Assembly: GCA_963676835.2 (NCBI GenBank)
Contig: CAXXFF010000004.1
Span: forward strand, 160,001-224,000
Origin: Marispirochaeta sp.
Lineage (GTDB): Bacteria; Spirochaetota; Spirochaetia; JC444; Marispirochaetaceae
Direction of reading: 5' to 3'
DNA length: 64,000 nt
This document shows positions 40,497 to 50,144 of this stretch, piece after piece. Position numbers and translations under genes: made by a program. The stretch's first letter is position 1, and each line of letters begins with the position of its first letter. Below the pieces are notes generated by a model, which made no database searches, was not told the DNA's origin, and saw only the letters and a list, made by a program, of their open reading frames with translations.

Positions 40497-41072
40497 TCAG
40501 CCGGTGGATTCAAAATCAGGGGAAGAGATATTTTCCTGCTGGAGCCTGCTGAGAAGCAGCAGACGGCTGAGTGAGTTTTTTACCCCGTCGCCTATCAAAT
40601 CCTTCATGCTCCCCGGGGAAAGATCCTCAAGTCTGCGTCCATAGACTACCATCTCGACGGATATTTCCAGACCTTCCGACAGTTTTACCGGCATGTGGCG
40701 GCATGGTCTGAATCTCAGACTGCCGTTTTTGTCCCGGCTGCCTGCATAACCGAAAAGACGGCAGATAAGGGGCCGTACCGGATAGATACTGCAATGATAG
40801 GGATCACCCTGGATTTTATAGAAAGGACACCCCCCGGGAATTTCTCCTTTGCCCCAGGAATCAAGGGTCAGGGAGTGGCCCAGGGATAGAAGATGAGAAG
40901 CAATAAGATCAGCTTCGGGGCGGGCAACTTCGGGAATAAAGGTTTCACAACAGGTTCCGCAGCCCTCCGGGCAGTGAAGACCGGCGGCTCTGCTGAAATC
41001 ATCAATTTTTTTATCCAGCTCTTCGTACAGAGCACGTAATCCATTTACCGGATGTTCCGAGCCAAACAGCAT
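40497..41072 (-). CDS. YkgJ family cysteine-cluster protein
   Basis: CPEGCGTCC, CPF and CSIYPVRPLICR motifs; SD AAGGAG before 41072. Confidence 0.9.
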   Translation of the reverse strand: MLFGSEHPVNGLRALYEELDKKIDDFSRAAGLHCPEGCGTCCETFIPEVARPEADLIASHLLSLGHSLTLDSWGKGEIPGGCPFYKIQGDPYHCSIYPVRPLICRLFGYAGSRDKNGSLRFRPCRHMPVKLSEGLEISVEMVVYGRRLEDLSPGSMKDLIGDGVKNSLSRLLLLSRLQQENISSPDFESTG

Positions 41073-41147
41073 CTGACTCTCCTTGAACATTGCAGATGTA
41101 CACCGCATAAGCAGGCAGATTTCTATACCCCTTTATGTTCTGCCGTG

Positions 41148-41921
41148 TCAATCATCCTGTTCCGGGTCTTTCAGATTACCAGGAAGATAGTCAAGGTTGA
41201 TGTTCTGCATGGAATCAAAAAGTTTGTCTTTTATATATTCCCCGTTTACCGCCAGATCCTCCAGGGCCTTTCTGGCAGTAAGCCGTTTTGAAGTCTGGCC
41301 GAAGGGGCAGCTGGTAGCCTGACTGTAGAAACCCATGGCATCGGCAAATTCAAGAATTTCCCGTTCCTTTATATAACAGAGAGGGCGGATTACCCGCTGG
41401 GGGTAGTTATCATATTTCATCACCGGCATCATGGTGGAAATCTCACCCTTGTAGGCCATATTCATCAGCAGAGTTTCAAGAATATCATCCTGATGATGCC
41501 CCAGGGCTATAACAGTGTAATTATGTTTCTCCGAGTAACGCAGAAGCTCCATCCGCCGCTGGGTGGAACACCAGTAGCAGTTAAGTGTTCGCCCTTCCTT
41601 GAGCCGGCCGGCAATGGGAACATCCAGGATCTCGAGATCGCCGCCCCAGGAACGGACCAAATCTTCCATTGCCGCATCGGCTCCGCAGCCGTCGAAATCA
41701 CTACGGATATGCAAGGCCTTAATGGAAAAAGGGGTCTCCCATGAACGCTGCAGCCTGAGGAGAAGATAGAGCATGGTCAGGCTGTCTTTTCCGCCGGAAA
41801 GAGCAACAAGAACTCTGTCATTCCCCTTAAGCATGGGAAAACGCAGGAAAGCTCTTCCCATTTTCTTAGAAAGGGTTGCTGCAAGGTTGCGGGCGCGTCG
41901 GTCTAAAGGGCGGGAAATCAT
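41148..41921 (-). CDS. ttcA: tRNA 2-thiocytidine biosynthesis TtcA family
   Basis: PP-loop SGGKDS, CYWC..RR, LGHHQDD, IRPL. Confidence 0.88.
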   Translation of the reverse strand: MISRPLDRRARNLAATLSKKMGRAFLRFPMLKGNDRVLVALSGGKDSLTMLYLLLRLQRSWETPFSIKALHIRSDFDGCGADAAMEDLVRSWGGDLEILDVPIAGRLKEGRTLNCYWCSTQRRMELLRYSEKHNYTVIALGHHQDDILETLLMNMAYKGEISTMMPVMKYDNYPQRVIRPLCYIKEREILEFADAMGFYSQATSCPFGQTSKRLTARKALEDLAVNGEYIKDKLFDSMQNINLDYLPGNLKDPEQDD

Positions 41922-41985
41922 AGCCGGACTATAGCATACTCCCGCGGGATTGACAGCCCGGAGAAACTGCACCATTCTTGCGGGC

Positions 41986-42945
41986 ATGAAGGATATACGA
42001 ATGAGCGATACCGTTCTGCAGGACCATCTTGCAGCTCTTTCCCCGGATTCTCTGGATACATTCCTCCTCTCTTTCGGAGAAGAGAAAGAGAGTGTACGGG
42101 GAGCTGTTTTAAACGGGACAAGGCTTCTGAATGAAATGCGCAGTGCCCATGAGCTGGGCATACTCGAATCCCTTATTCTGGGGCAGGCCTACCTGGGAGC
42201 CCTGCTTATGACACGAAGCCTTAAAGGTATGGGAAGAATTCAGCTTGATATAGGCTGTGCTGGCCCGGTTGAGGGCCTGTCGGTGGAGGCAAATGCCGCG
42301 GGAGATGTAAGGGGATATCTCAAACAGGTGCCGATCCCCATAAATGCCCCTGTAGAAAGCTTTGATACCTCACCTTTTTTCGGACCGGGAATATTGAGTG
42401 TCAACCGTTACCCCGACGGTGCCAAGCAGCCCTTTACCGGAAACATAGACCTTCAATACGGTAATATAGGCCAGGATATAGCCAACTACTACCTGGTGTC
42501 CGAGCAGACACGGACAAGTGTTGCAGTCAGTATAAAGTTTGACAACAGCGGCCGTATAATCGGCGGCGGCGGACTGTTCCTCGAAGCCCTGCCCGGGGCA
42601 TCAGATGAGATTCTGGACGCAGCCCAGGCAGCCGTTTCAGCTATGCCTTCCCCGGGAGAGCTCTTTTCACGGGGCCATGCAGGACCGGATATGGTTCAGA
42701 AGGCCTTCAACGGCTTTCAGCTCACACCGCTGGAAAACCGCAAAGTGCGGTTTCACTGTCCCTGCAGCAGGGAACGGTTCAAGTCATTTATCAGCGCTCT
42801 TAATATCGAAGATCTTAAAGAGATGAGCGTCAACGGACCATTTCCGGTGATCACCGTCTGTCATAACTGCAACACCAGCTACGGTTTTGAACAGACTGAA
42901 CTGGAGAATATTCTCCATCAGCGCTCTTCCGGAAAACAGACCTAG
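41986..42945 (+). CDS. hslO: Hsp33 redox-regulated chaperone
   Basis: VRGY, YYLVSEQ, C-terminal CPCSRER...CHNC Zn site; TTGACA-17-CATTCT upstream. Confidence 0.92.
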   Translation: MKDIRMSDTVLQDHLAALSPDSLDTFLLSFGEEKESVRGAVLNGTRLLNEMRSAHELGILESLILGQAYLGALLMTRSLKGMGRIQLDIGCAGPVEGLSVEANAAGDVRGYLKQVPIPINAPVESFDTSPFFGPGILSVNRYPDGAKQPFTGNIDLQYGNIGQDIANYYLVSEQTRTSVAVSIKFDNSGRIIGGGGLFLEALPGASDEILDAAQAAVSAMPSPGELFSRGHAGPDMVQKAFNGFQLTPLENRKVRFHCPCSRERFKSFISALNIEDLKEMSVNGPFPVITVCHNCNTSYGFEQTELENILHQRSSGKQT

Positions 42946-43589
42946 TTTAACAGACTGGTAATTTCACTGAAGTGGTTAAATGCATGGGTAGGACGAAAAG
43001 GCAGATCATCCACAAGGTTCGGCCCCCAGCCGGCAAATACCGTTGCAACCCCGGCGGACTGCCCGGCTTGCATATCAAAAACTGCATCACCTACAAAGGC
43101 AGTCTTCTCCGGCAGTGCCTTGAGCTTTTCCATAGCCGTCAGCACTGGTTCCGGATGAGGTTTATGCTTTTCTGTAATCTCAGGAGTGATTATAACAGAG
43201 AAGAAATCACTGAGGCCGGTAAACTCAAGATATGAAACCAGGGACGGCAAAAGCCTGGAGGTAACTATTCCCAGGACAATACCGTGTTCTTTCAGTTTCT
43301 CCAGAGATTCCCGCACCCCCTCAAAGGGGCGGATATAATCCTTATAAATCTCTTTCTGGAAATCCACATAAAAAGCGCGGATTTCTGCCACTTTCTGCGG
43401 CTCCGTAATACCGAGAAAAAGCTCAATCTGACGATCCAGGGGGATTCCCATATGTGAGATTACGGTTTCATCGGTGATATGATCTCCCCCGTATTCATGC
43501 AGCATGGCACGGAAAGAGGCGAGAATAAGGTTTTTGGTATCCAGCAGGGTGCCGTCCACGTCGAATAGCATACAGGTGTACTGACTCAT
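42942..43589 (-). CDS. HAD-IA phosphatase (PpaX-like)
   Basis: FDVDGTLLD, IVTS, HKPHPEP, VGDAVFD. Confidence 0.9.
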   Translation of the reverse strand: MSQYTCMLFDVDGTLLDTKNLILASFRAMLHEYGGDHITDETVISHMGIPLDRQIELFLGITEPQKVAEIRAFYVDFQKEIYKDYIRPFEGVRESLEKLKEHGIVLGIVTSRLLPSLVSYLEFTGLSDFFSVIITPEITEKHKPHPEPVLTAMEKLKALPEKTAFVGDAVFDMQAGQSAGVATVFAGWGPNLVDDLPFRPTHAFNHFSEITSLLN

Positions 43590-43774
43590 AGGCGCATAAT
43601 ATCCCTACTGTTAAACTTAGTCCATATCCCATCGGTATATTCGTTATACCAAGTATAATTATAAAATCCCCGCAGAAGATTTTGTCATCAACTGCCGGGA
43701 TAATCATACTATGGCAGCTCTAAAAACTACTCTTTTTACCATATCCTTCGTCGTCAAGATTTCCCGCGGTCCAC

Positions 43775-43803
43775 CCCTGCACCAAAACAATTTTGGTGCA
43801 GGG
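43775..43803. repeat. Perfect 13-bp inverted repeat in intergenic region
   Basis: CCCTGCACCAAAA-CAA-TTTTGGTGCAGGG. Confidence 0.6.
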
Positions 43804-43867
43804 TGTGGGCGCTACAAAATCTATCCTCCTTGACTATGGCAAAAATACCACGTTTTTAGAGGTGCCC

Positions 43868-45475
43868 TTATTTAACCGAAAACCGGCCTTTCACATCGGG
43901 AGAAATCGTTCCACCCAGACTGACCACATAATCGATAAAACCATCTCTCTGCATCAGAGAAGTGTCGTAATAGTCTGTGGCCATGGTAAACACATCGTAG
44001 CCGTCACCGCCGGCAGCAAGGTAGGAGTTGGTTGCAATAACATACTCTTTGGCGGGATCCACGGGACTTCCGTTAATCAGAAGATCCTGAACCGTCCCGG
44101 AAGCGGTATTAATGGAAAAACTGACCCCTTCGGAAACCTGGGGCATGGCGCCATGGCCGACATTTGCAGGAGTGGCTGCGAAAAGGGCGATAACATCCTT
44201 CCCTTTAAGCGTTACAACCGCAATGGAGTTATCAAAAGGCAGAACCTCATAGATAGTCCGTTTGTTGATTGGGCCGTCGGGGATATCCGTCCTGATTCCG
44301 CCGCCGTTCTGAAAGGCAAAGTCCGCATTCAGGTTCATTTCATTGGCATACCAGAGCATGGAGTCCGCAACAAGATCGCCGATGGCTGTTTCCGCAGAAC
44401 GGCTGTCTTTGTTCATAAAAGGAGCAGTAGCGGTGCCGATTTCCTTATCAAGTAATGCATCAACCTTTGCCACATAGGGATTGAGTATCGCTTCAAGCTC
44501 CGCATCCGGAACAATCTCTTTTCCGACTGTTGGATAGGTGGAACTGCCGTCTGCAAGCTTTACCCGCTCCCGGACATTCATTGGAACAAGGCTGAAGTCG
44601 AGATTTGTTACCTCACCATTGGTAAAGCTCAATTCGACCTGCCCCATATAAAGACCCCAGTGTTTCGCCTGTACCACCGGTACGGATTTACCGGATATTG
44701 TGTTGGTAACATAGACAGGCTCTTCAAGCTTTGTATGGGTGTGACCGTCAATAACCAGAGCAAGCCCGGGAACAGCCGCAGCCAGCTTCTTTGAGCCTTC
44801 CGCCTCGCCATCGTAAATGCCCATATGGACAACGGCGATTACAATATCCGCCTGCTTTTTCAGCTCAGGAACCAGTTCATTGGCTGTTTCTATTTCGTCA
44901 CGAAAAATATACCCCTGAATATTGGCAGGATTTCCGCTTTTTGCAGTTTCCGCAGTCATAAGGCCGAGAATCGCAACTTTAAACCCATCGTATTCCTTGA
45001 TAATCCAGGGCTTTACATTGTCTATATAATTCCCGTCTTCGCTTATTACATTGGCACAGAGCCAGGGAAAGGCGGAAAGCGCGATCTGTCCCTGCATATC
45101 TGCAGGACTGGGATCAAACTCATGGTTTCCCATGGCCAGAGCGTCATAGCCGATGTAGTTCATACCTACAATATCCGGTTCCGCCTTGAAAAAGTTGGAT
45201 TCCGGACGGCCGGTATTAATATCTCCCGCACTGATAACCAGAACATTATCGTTTGCCGCCCTGACCTGCTTTACATAGGAAGCCTGAACAGGAAGACCGC
45301 CCTGATCAGATGCAGGGTAGTCATAGAACGCCACGGGATGGCCGTGGTGATCATTGGTGTGAAGAATCACCAGATGATGCTCCACATCCGGCTGTGCGAC
45401 AGGGGAAGTCCCGGCACAGCTGAAAGCAACAGCAGTGAATGCTGCGAGAAGAAGATAAAGACTGATCTTTTTCAT
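43868..45475 (-). CDS. 5'-nucleotidase/UDP-sugar hydrolase lipoprotein (UshA family)
   Basis: HTNDHHG, AGD, GNHEFD, GHTH, NGGGIR; lipobox AFSC. Confidence 0.93.
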   Translation of the reverse strand: MKKISLYLLLAAFTAVAFSCAGTSPVAQPDVEHHLVILHTNDHHGHPVAFYDYPASDQGGLPVQASYVKQVRAANDNVLVISAGDINTGRPESNFFKAEPDIVGMNYIGYDALAMGNHEFDPSPADMQGQIALSAFPWLCANVISEDGNYIDNVKPWIIKEYDGFKVAILGLMTAETAKSGNPANIQGYIFRDEIETANELVPELKKQADIVIAVVHMGIYDGEAEGSKKLAAAVPGLALVIDGHTHTKLEEPVYVTNTISGKSVPVVQAKHWGLYMGQVELSFTNGEVTNLDFSLVPMNVRERVKLADGSSTYPTVGKEIVPDAELEAILNPYVAKVDALLDKEIGTATAPFMNKDSRSAETAIGDLVADSMLWYANEMNLNADFAFQNGGGIRTDIPDGPINKRTIYEVLPFDNSIAVVTLKGKDVIALFAATPANVGHGAMPQVSEGVSFSINTASGTVQDLLINGSPVDPAKEYVIATNSYLAAGGDGYDVFTMATDYYDTSLMQRDGFIDYVVSLGGTISPDVKGRFSVK

Positions 45476-45598
45476 GAAATGCTCCTTACCGTATTTTAGT
45501 TGCATACAGAATACCATTTCAGTGAGATATGTGATAAGTGTTACTCCCGGGTTAGAAAGGGTACAAATGAAGTAGAAACTGATATACCATAACCTGAC

Positions 45599-46288
45599 AT
45601 GAAAAAGAAAACCGTCATCTTTGATCTGGACGATACCCTTATCGAATATGGTGAATCTGAAAAATACGGACTTGAGTCGGCATTTAAGGATCTTGACCTG
45701 CCCTACAGTGAAGAGATTCTCAACTTGTATAAAAAGATAAACCGGGAACTCTGGGCAGTATATGCCGAAGGGAAAATTACCTCTGAAGATCTCCGCCATC
45801 TTCGTTTCAGCCGGCTGCTCTCAGAACTCGGCCACAAGGAAGATCTTGTCCAATCAGCCCGAAACCGCTACCTCTACCATTTCGGACAGAAAGGCGTCCC
45901 CTCCCCCTATGCGGAAACAGTGCTTAAGCAGCTCGAAAGCAGCGGCCATATCCTCGGAGCTATTACCAACGGCTTTACCGATATGCAGCGCCCCAGACTG
46001 CAAAACTCCGGGCTGGGCCGTTTTTTTAAAGACCTGATTATTTCCGATGAGGTAAAGCTTGCCAAACCGGACCCCCGGATATTCGCACTGGCCATGGAGA
46101 GACTGAATATTACCGACAAGGATTCGGTCTACTACGTGGGAGACAACCCAGTGGATGACATTCAGGGGGCCCGGGAGTTCGGTATTAAAACCATATGGAT
46201 AGACCGGGGAGACAGGGAATCAGTCCCCGACGCGGATTTCCGCACCGGGGACTTAAGAGACATTCCGGGGTTTATCGGCGGGAGCTAA
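45599..46288 (+). CDS. YjjG-family HAD nucleotidase
   Basis: FDLDDTL, ITNGF, KPDPRIF, VGDNPVDDI. Confidence 0.88.
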   Translation: MKKKTVIFDLDDTLIEYGESEKYGLESAFKDLDLPYSEEILNLYKKINRELWAVYAEGKITSEDLRHLRFSRLLSELGHKEDLVQSARNRYLYHFGQKGVPSPYAETVLKQLESSGHILGAITNGFTDMQRPRLQNSGLGRFFKDLIISDEVKLAKPDPRIFALAMERLNITDKDSVYYVGDNPVDDIQGAREFGIKTIWIDRGDRESVPDADFRTGDLRDIPGFIGGS

Positions 46289-46314
46289 TCCTGCTCGTAG
46301 GCCCCCATGGAGAT

Positions 46315-46563
46315 ATGGAAGAACTCACCGACCGGGAAAAAGAGGTTCTTGATTTGCTCTATGCGGGAGACAAGTACAGTGATATTGCTGAAAAACTATT
46401 CTTATCGCTGGCTACGGTAAAAACCCATGTTTCCCATATCTACCAGAAACTGAATATACGCCGGCGTTCGGAACTTTATGTTAAATTTAACAGACGTAAA
46501 CAAGAGGGAGAAAACCGGGGACCAGCCGTTCCGACATCAAATTCTTTGAAAGTAAAAAGCTGA
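46315..46563 (+). CDS. Stand-alone LuxR/GerE HTH regulator
   Basis: LTDREKEVL...IAEKLFLSLATVKTHVSHIYQKL. Confidence 0.85.
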   Translation: MEELTDREKEVLDLLYAGDKYSDIAEKLFLSLATVKTHVSHIYQKLNIRRRSELYVKFNRRKQEGENRGPAVPTSNSLKVKS

Positions 46564-46565
46564 GA

Positions 46566-46859
46566 TTATATGCCTTGGAAAGGTGAGTGTTTCAGATCTC
46601 CTGATTTTTCCATGCTGCGGATAAGATCTACTATCTGCTGTTCTCCGGCGACAACCTCTTCGGGGGGAGTATCGATGTATTTAATAGCTACCTCCGGAAG
46701 ACCTATGGGTGTTTTTTCCAGAGAAAAGCCGAAGAAAAATTCGACATGAGCGGAGCCGATACTCCCCTTAAGGCGGCCGATAAAGCGCTTGATATATAAA
46801 ACCTCTGAAGGGACCTCGGATATCTGATCGATGCTGTCTATTTGAAATGTATCTGCCAT
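46566..46859 (-). CDS. Hypothetical protein
   Basis: 97-aa ORF that fills the gap between neighbouring genes. Confidence 0.65.
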   Translation of the reverse strand: MADTFQIDSIDQISEVPSEVLYIKRFIGRLKGSIGSAHVEFFFGFSLEKTPIGLPEVAIKYIDTPPEEVVAGEQQIVDLIRSMEKSGDLKHSPFQGI

Positions 46860-46973
46860 ATATTGATTATTATCGGCAGTTTTCTTTAAGGAGTTGTCAT
46901 AAAATTACAGAGGCCCTGCAAAGCAAGTAAACAGCCCTGCATGACCTCTGAAAACAGGAAAAGGACCACTCTT

Positions 46974-47618
46974 TTACAGGTCCTTATGACAGAACCACCA
47001 GTCAAAGCCCTCGTACTGATCAAGGCGCTTTTCTGCTTCCGCAACACTGCCTGCGGGAGGAATAATTACCCGGTCTTTTATCAGTTCATTCTCAGGCCAG
47101 CCGGCAGGCATAGCCACACCGTTCTTATCGGAAATCTGCAGGGCTTTTACTGCTCGCACCACTTCATCCATATTCCGTCCGATCTCCTGGGGATAATAGA
47201 GAACCAGCCGGACCTTACCGTCGGGATCCCCGACAAAAACGGCACGGACGGTGTTGGTTCCTTTTCCGGGGTGGAGCATACCGAGTTTGTTGGCAATGGA
47301 ATCATTTGCGGCAACAATGGGATAGGTAATTTCAACTCCGAGCTTCTCTTTTATCCATTCAACCCATTTAATATGGCTGAATACCTGATCAACCGACATA
47401 CCGATAAGCTTAACTCCCAGTTCGTTGAACTGATCAATTCTTTTCTGAAACGCCACAAACTCGGTGGTACAGACCGGGGTAAAATCAGCGGGATGGCTGA
47501 AAAGAACAAACCAGCTTCCTTTCAGATCTCCGGGAATATTCATTGGTCCATGGGTGGTGTTTACCTTCATTTCGGGGAAATCATCACCCAAAAGAGGCAT
47601 GTTAAAAGTATTTTCCAT
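46974..47618 (-). CDS. Peroxiredoxin (Prx6 subfamily)
   Basis: [23 protein letters not shown]-terminal DWWFC. Confidence 0.95.
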   Translation of the reverse strand: MENTFNMPLLGDDFPEMKVNTTHGPMNIPGDLKGSWFVLFSHPADFTPVCTTEFVAFQKRIDQFNELGVKLIGMSVDQVFSHIKWVEWIKEKLGVEITYPIVAANDSIANKLGMLHPGKGTNTVRAVFVGDPDGKVRLVLYYPQEIGRNMDEVVRAVKALQISDKNGVAMPAGWPENELIKDRVIIPPAGSVAEAEKRLDQYEGFDWWFCHKDL

Positions 47619-47648
47619 TTCTTCCTCCTGTAATATGGAATTGAATAT

Positions 47649-47667
47649 AATAGTAATCATTACTATA
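47649..47667. promoter_or_regulatory. PerR/Fur-type operator upstream of peroxiredoxin
   Basis: Perfect 8-1-8 palindrome ATAGTAAT-C-ATTACTAT (47650-47666). Confidence 0.7.
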
Positions 47668-47780
47668 GACAAATAAAATCCTCACCTTATTCCCGGTTTT
47701 CTCCGGTTGCATTGCCAGCCTGCAGCGACTACAATTAAAACAACAGCCTATATGCAATTAAAAGGGATGAGGAATAATGT

Positions 47781-48953
47781 ATGGATAAAGGAATGGCTCA
47801 TATAATTTCCGACTTGTGGAACATTGAAGAGCGGGTTCGGTCCCTACGGGAAATTATTCTGGCAAACCTTGTGATGTTGTCTGAAATTCCCGCACCAACC
47901 TTTAATGAAACAGCCAGGATGCAGTTTCTGGTAAACCGCTTTAACGAGCTACAGCTCCTGAACTGCTCCACCGACGAAAAAGGCAACGGCCTTGGAATAA
48001 TCCCGGGAGAGACCGGGGAACGGAATATTCTTATAGTCGGCCACCTGGATACCGTGTTCGATTCCAAGGTGGATCACACCATTAGTGTTGAACCCCACCG
48101 CATCATAGGCCCCGGTGTAGGCGATAACGGTCTGGGGATTGCGGTCATTGCCACCCTTCCCCTTATTCTTCAGCATCTGAATATTAAAACCAAAAGCAAT
48201 ATTATCCTTATGGGGAGTGCTCAATCCCTTGGTATGGGAAACATCCGGGGTTTACGCTTTTTTCTTGATCATGCGGATATGCCCATTCATTCCGGGATCT
48301 GCGTGGAAGGGGTAAAACTGGGGAGAATATCCTATTCCTCCATAGGTATGATGCGCTGCGGAATCAAGTTTTCCGTTCCAGAGGAGTATGACTGGACCCG
48401 CTTCGGTGCAGTGGGGGCTATAGTTACCATTAACGATGCCATAAACCGGATTCTTGAAATTCCCCTGCCCAAACGGCCTAAAACAAATATCGTACTTGGA
48501 TCGGTTGAGGGAGGTACGGGCTTCAATACAATCGCCACCAATGCTTCTCTCAAGTTCGAGATCCGCTCGGAATCGGGCAGAATGGTTAAAAATATCGGAC
48601 AGAAAGCTGAGTACATAGCTCACGAGGTTGCCAGCCATTCCGGTGCAGATGTGGATTTCCGCATTTATGCCCAGCGCCGCCCCGGGGGGATTCCTTTTTC
48701 TCATCCACTGGCCACAACTGCCAGAGAAATCATGCGTTCCCTGGATATTACTCCCCGGATTACTCCATCAACCTCCGAGCTCTCGGCTTTTATTGATAAA
48801 AAAATACCGGCGGTAACCCTCGGTCTGACAGACGGGGAAAACCTTGACCAGTTGAATGAATCCATCGAAATCGAACCGATTTTCAAGGGCATCGCACAGC
48901 TCATAGGCCTTATTCTTGCAATTGACGGAGGACACTGTGACGAACCTAAATGA
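47781..48953 (+). CDS. M20/M25/M40 metallo-hydrolase homolog with degenerate active site
   Basis: GHLDTVF, GPGVGDN and dimerisation domain GGTGFNTIA present; EE motif and final His absent. Confidence 0.8.
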   Translation: MDKGMAHIISDLWNIEERVRSLREIILANLVMLSEIPAPTFNETARMQFLVNRFNELQLLNCSTDEKGNGLGIIPGETGERNILIVGHLDTVFDSKVDHTISVEPHRIIGPGVGDNGLGIAVIATLPLILQHLNIKTKSNIILMGSAQSLGMGNIRGLRFFLDHADMPIHSGICVEGVKLGRISYSSIGMMRCGIKFSVPEEYDWTRFGAVGAIVTINDAINRILEIPLPKRPKTNIVLGSVEGGTGFNTIATNASLKFEIRSESGRMVKNIGQKAEYIAHEVASHSGADVDFRIYAQRRPGGIPFSHPLATTAREIMRSLDITPRITPSTSELSAFIDKKIPAVTLGLTDGENLDQLNESIEIEPIFKGIAQLIGLILAIDGGHCDEPK

Positions 48954-49980
48954 ATGGGTAAATAAAAATACCTACCACCACTCCCAGTTCTGGGATCTTA
49001 AAAACCTTATAAAAGAGAAGGAGCGGCAGGGAATTACCGTCTCCCTCTGTATTCCCACACTGAACGAGGAAAAGACAATTGGCAAAGAGATTGTCATCTT
49101 CAAATCGGAGCTGGTAAACCGCTATCCTCTGCTTGATGAGATTGCGGTTATCGACTCCGGCAGTGAAGACAAAACCCTGGAGGTGGCCGCTTCCTTCGGC
49201 GCAGATACCTACCTGAGTAACGATATTCTGCCGGAAATTGAGGCAAAGAAAGGCAAGGGAGAGAATCTCTGGAAGGCTATTTATCAGCTGAAAGGGGATA
49301 TCATCGTCTACATAGATGCAGACATAAAGAACATACATCCCCGTTTCGTCTACGGCCTGGTTGCCCCCCTTATTTACCGGCCCGAGGTTCAGTACGTAAA
49401 AGCCTTCTACGACCGCCCCCTGGCCTTCAGTCAGGGAGTACGCCCTTCCGGAGGCGGCAGGGTTACAGAAATTCTTGTACGCCCCCTGTTCAGCCTCTTC
49501 TTCCCCGAACTTACAGCAATTATCCAGCCTTTGAGCGGAGAATATGCCGTCCGCAGGGAAGTACTGGAGCAGATCCCCTTCCCTATCGGCTACGGCGTTG
49601 AAACAAGCCATCTTATCGATGTCTACCAGCTCTACGGCCTCAGCGCTTTCGCCCAGACCGACCTGGACCAGCGGGTTCACCGCAATCAGCAGACCCGCTC
49701 TCTGGGCAGAATGTCCTTCGGTATTCTGCAGACCTTCCTGTCCCGGCTGGACAAGCTTGAGATTATCGGAGACCTGCCACCCATGGATACGGTACTGCAC
49801 CAGTTTCAGGCCCACGACGACAAATTTGAAGCGGTGGAATACAAAATCGTGGAAGAAGAGCGTCCACCCATGCTGGAGATTCCAAGCTACCGGACTGTTC
49901 GGGATGAACTGCTTAAGGAGCGGGATAAACGGCAGAAGAAAAAGCGCAAACCCCGGACAAAGACTGAACCGAAAGAGTAA
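48937..49980 (+). CDS. gpgS: Glucosyl-3-phosphoglycerate synthase
   Basis: PTLNEE, DSGS.D, GKGENLW, DAD, GGGRVTE, QPLSGEYA, YGVE, RVHRNQ; GTG start after GGAGG. Confidence 0.9.
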   Translation: MTNLNEWVNKNTYHHSQFWDLKNLIKEKERQGITVSLCIPTLNEEKTIGKEIVIFKSELVNRYPLLDEIAVIDSGSEDKTLEVAASFGADTYLSNDILPEIEAKKGKGENLWKAIYQLKGDIIVYIDADIKNIHPRFVYGLVAPLIYRPEVQYVKAFYDRPLAFSQGVRPSGGGRVTEILVRPLFSLFFPELTAIIQPLSGEYAVRREVLEQIPFPIGYGVETSHLIDVYQLYGLSAFAQTDLDQRVHRNQQTRSLGRMSFGILQTFLSRLDKLEIIGDLPPMDTVLHQFQAHDDKFEAVEYKIVEEERPPMLEIPSYRTVRDELLKERDKRQKKKRKPRTKTEPKE

Positions 49981-50026
49981 TTATCCCTTCTAAAACCTCA
50001 AAAAAACCTTCAGGAAAATCTTTTTC

Positions 50027-50077
50027 TTGACCCGACCGACCAGTCGGTGTAGGATTACGCAAAACCGACCGGTCGGT
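50027..50077 (+). promoter_or_regulatory. sigma70 promoter with two TetR-type operators
   Basis: TTGACC-17-TAGGAT; ACCGACCAGTCGGT (50035-48) and ACCGACCGGTCGGT (50064-77). Confidence 0.75.
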
Positions 50078-50144
50078 CGGCCGCTTGTTGCGGGATGGAC
50101 CCCATCCCGAATTAAACAGAATGCTATTTATACAGGAGAAGTCT

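Noticed and set aside
41922..42161. Long N-terminal extensions in the ORF track (ttcA, 5'-nucleotidase 45476-45799, araC 58008-58100)
   Set aside because: They overlap divergent genes; downstream starts fit the motifs, signal peptides and promoters better
43778..43800. NtrC-like TGCACC...GGTGCA site
   Set aside because: Half-sites are 11 nt apart rather than the canonical 5, and no sigma54 promoter was seen nearby
50031..50081. CCGA/TCGG repeats as CRISPR or microsatellite
   Set aside because: Only two short palindromes with no spacers; better explained as operators. No CRISPR array or cas gene was seen in the window
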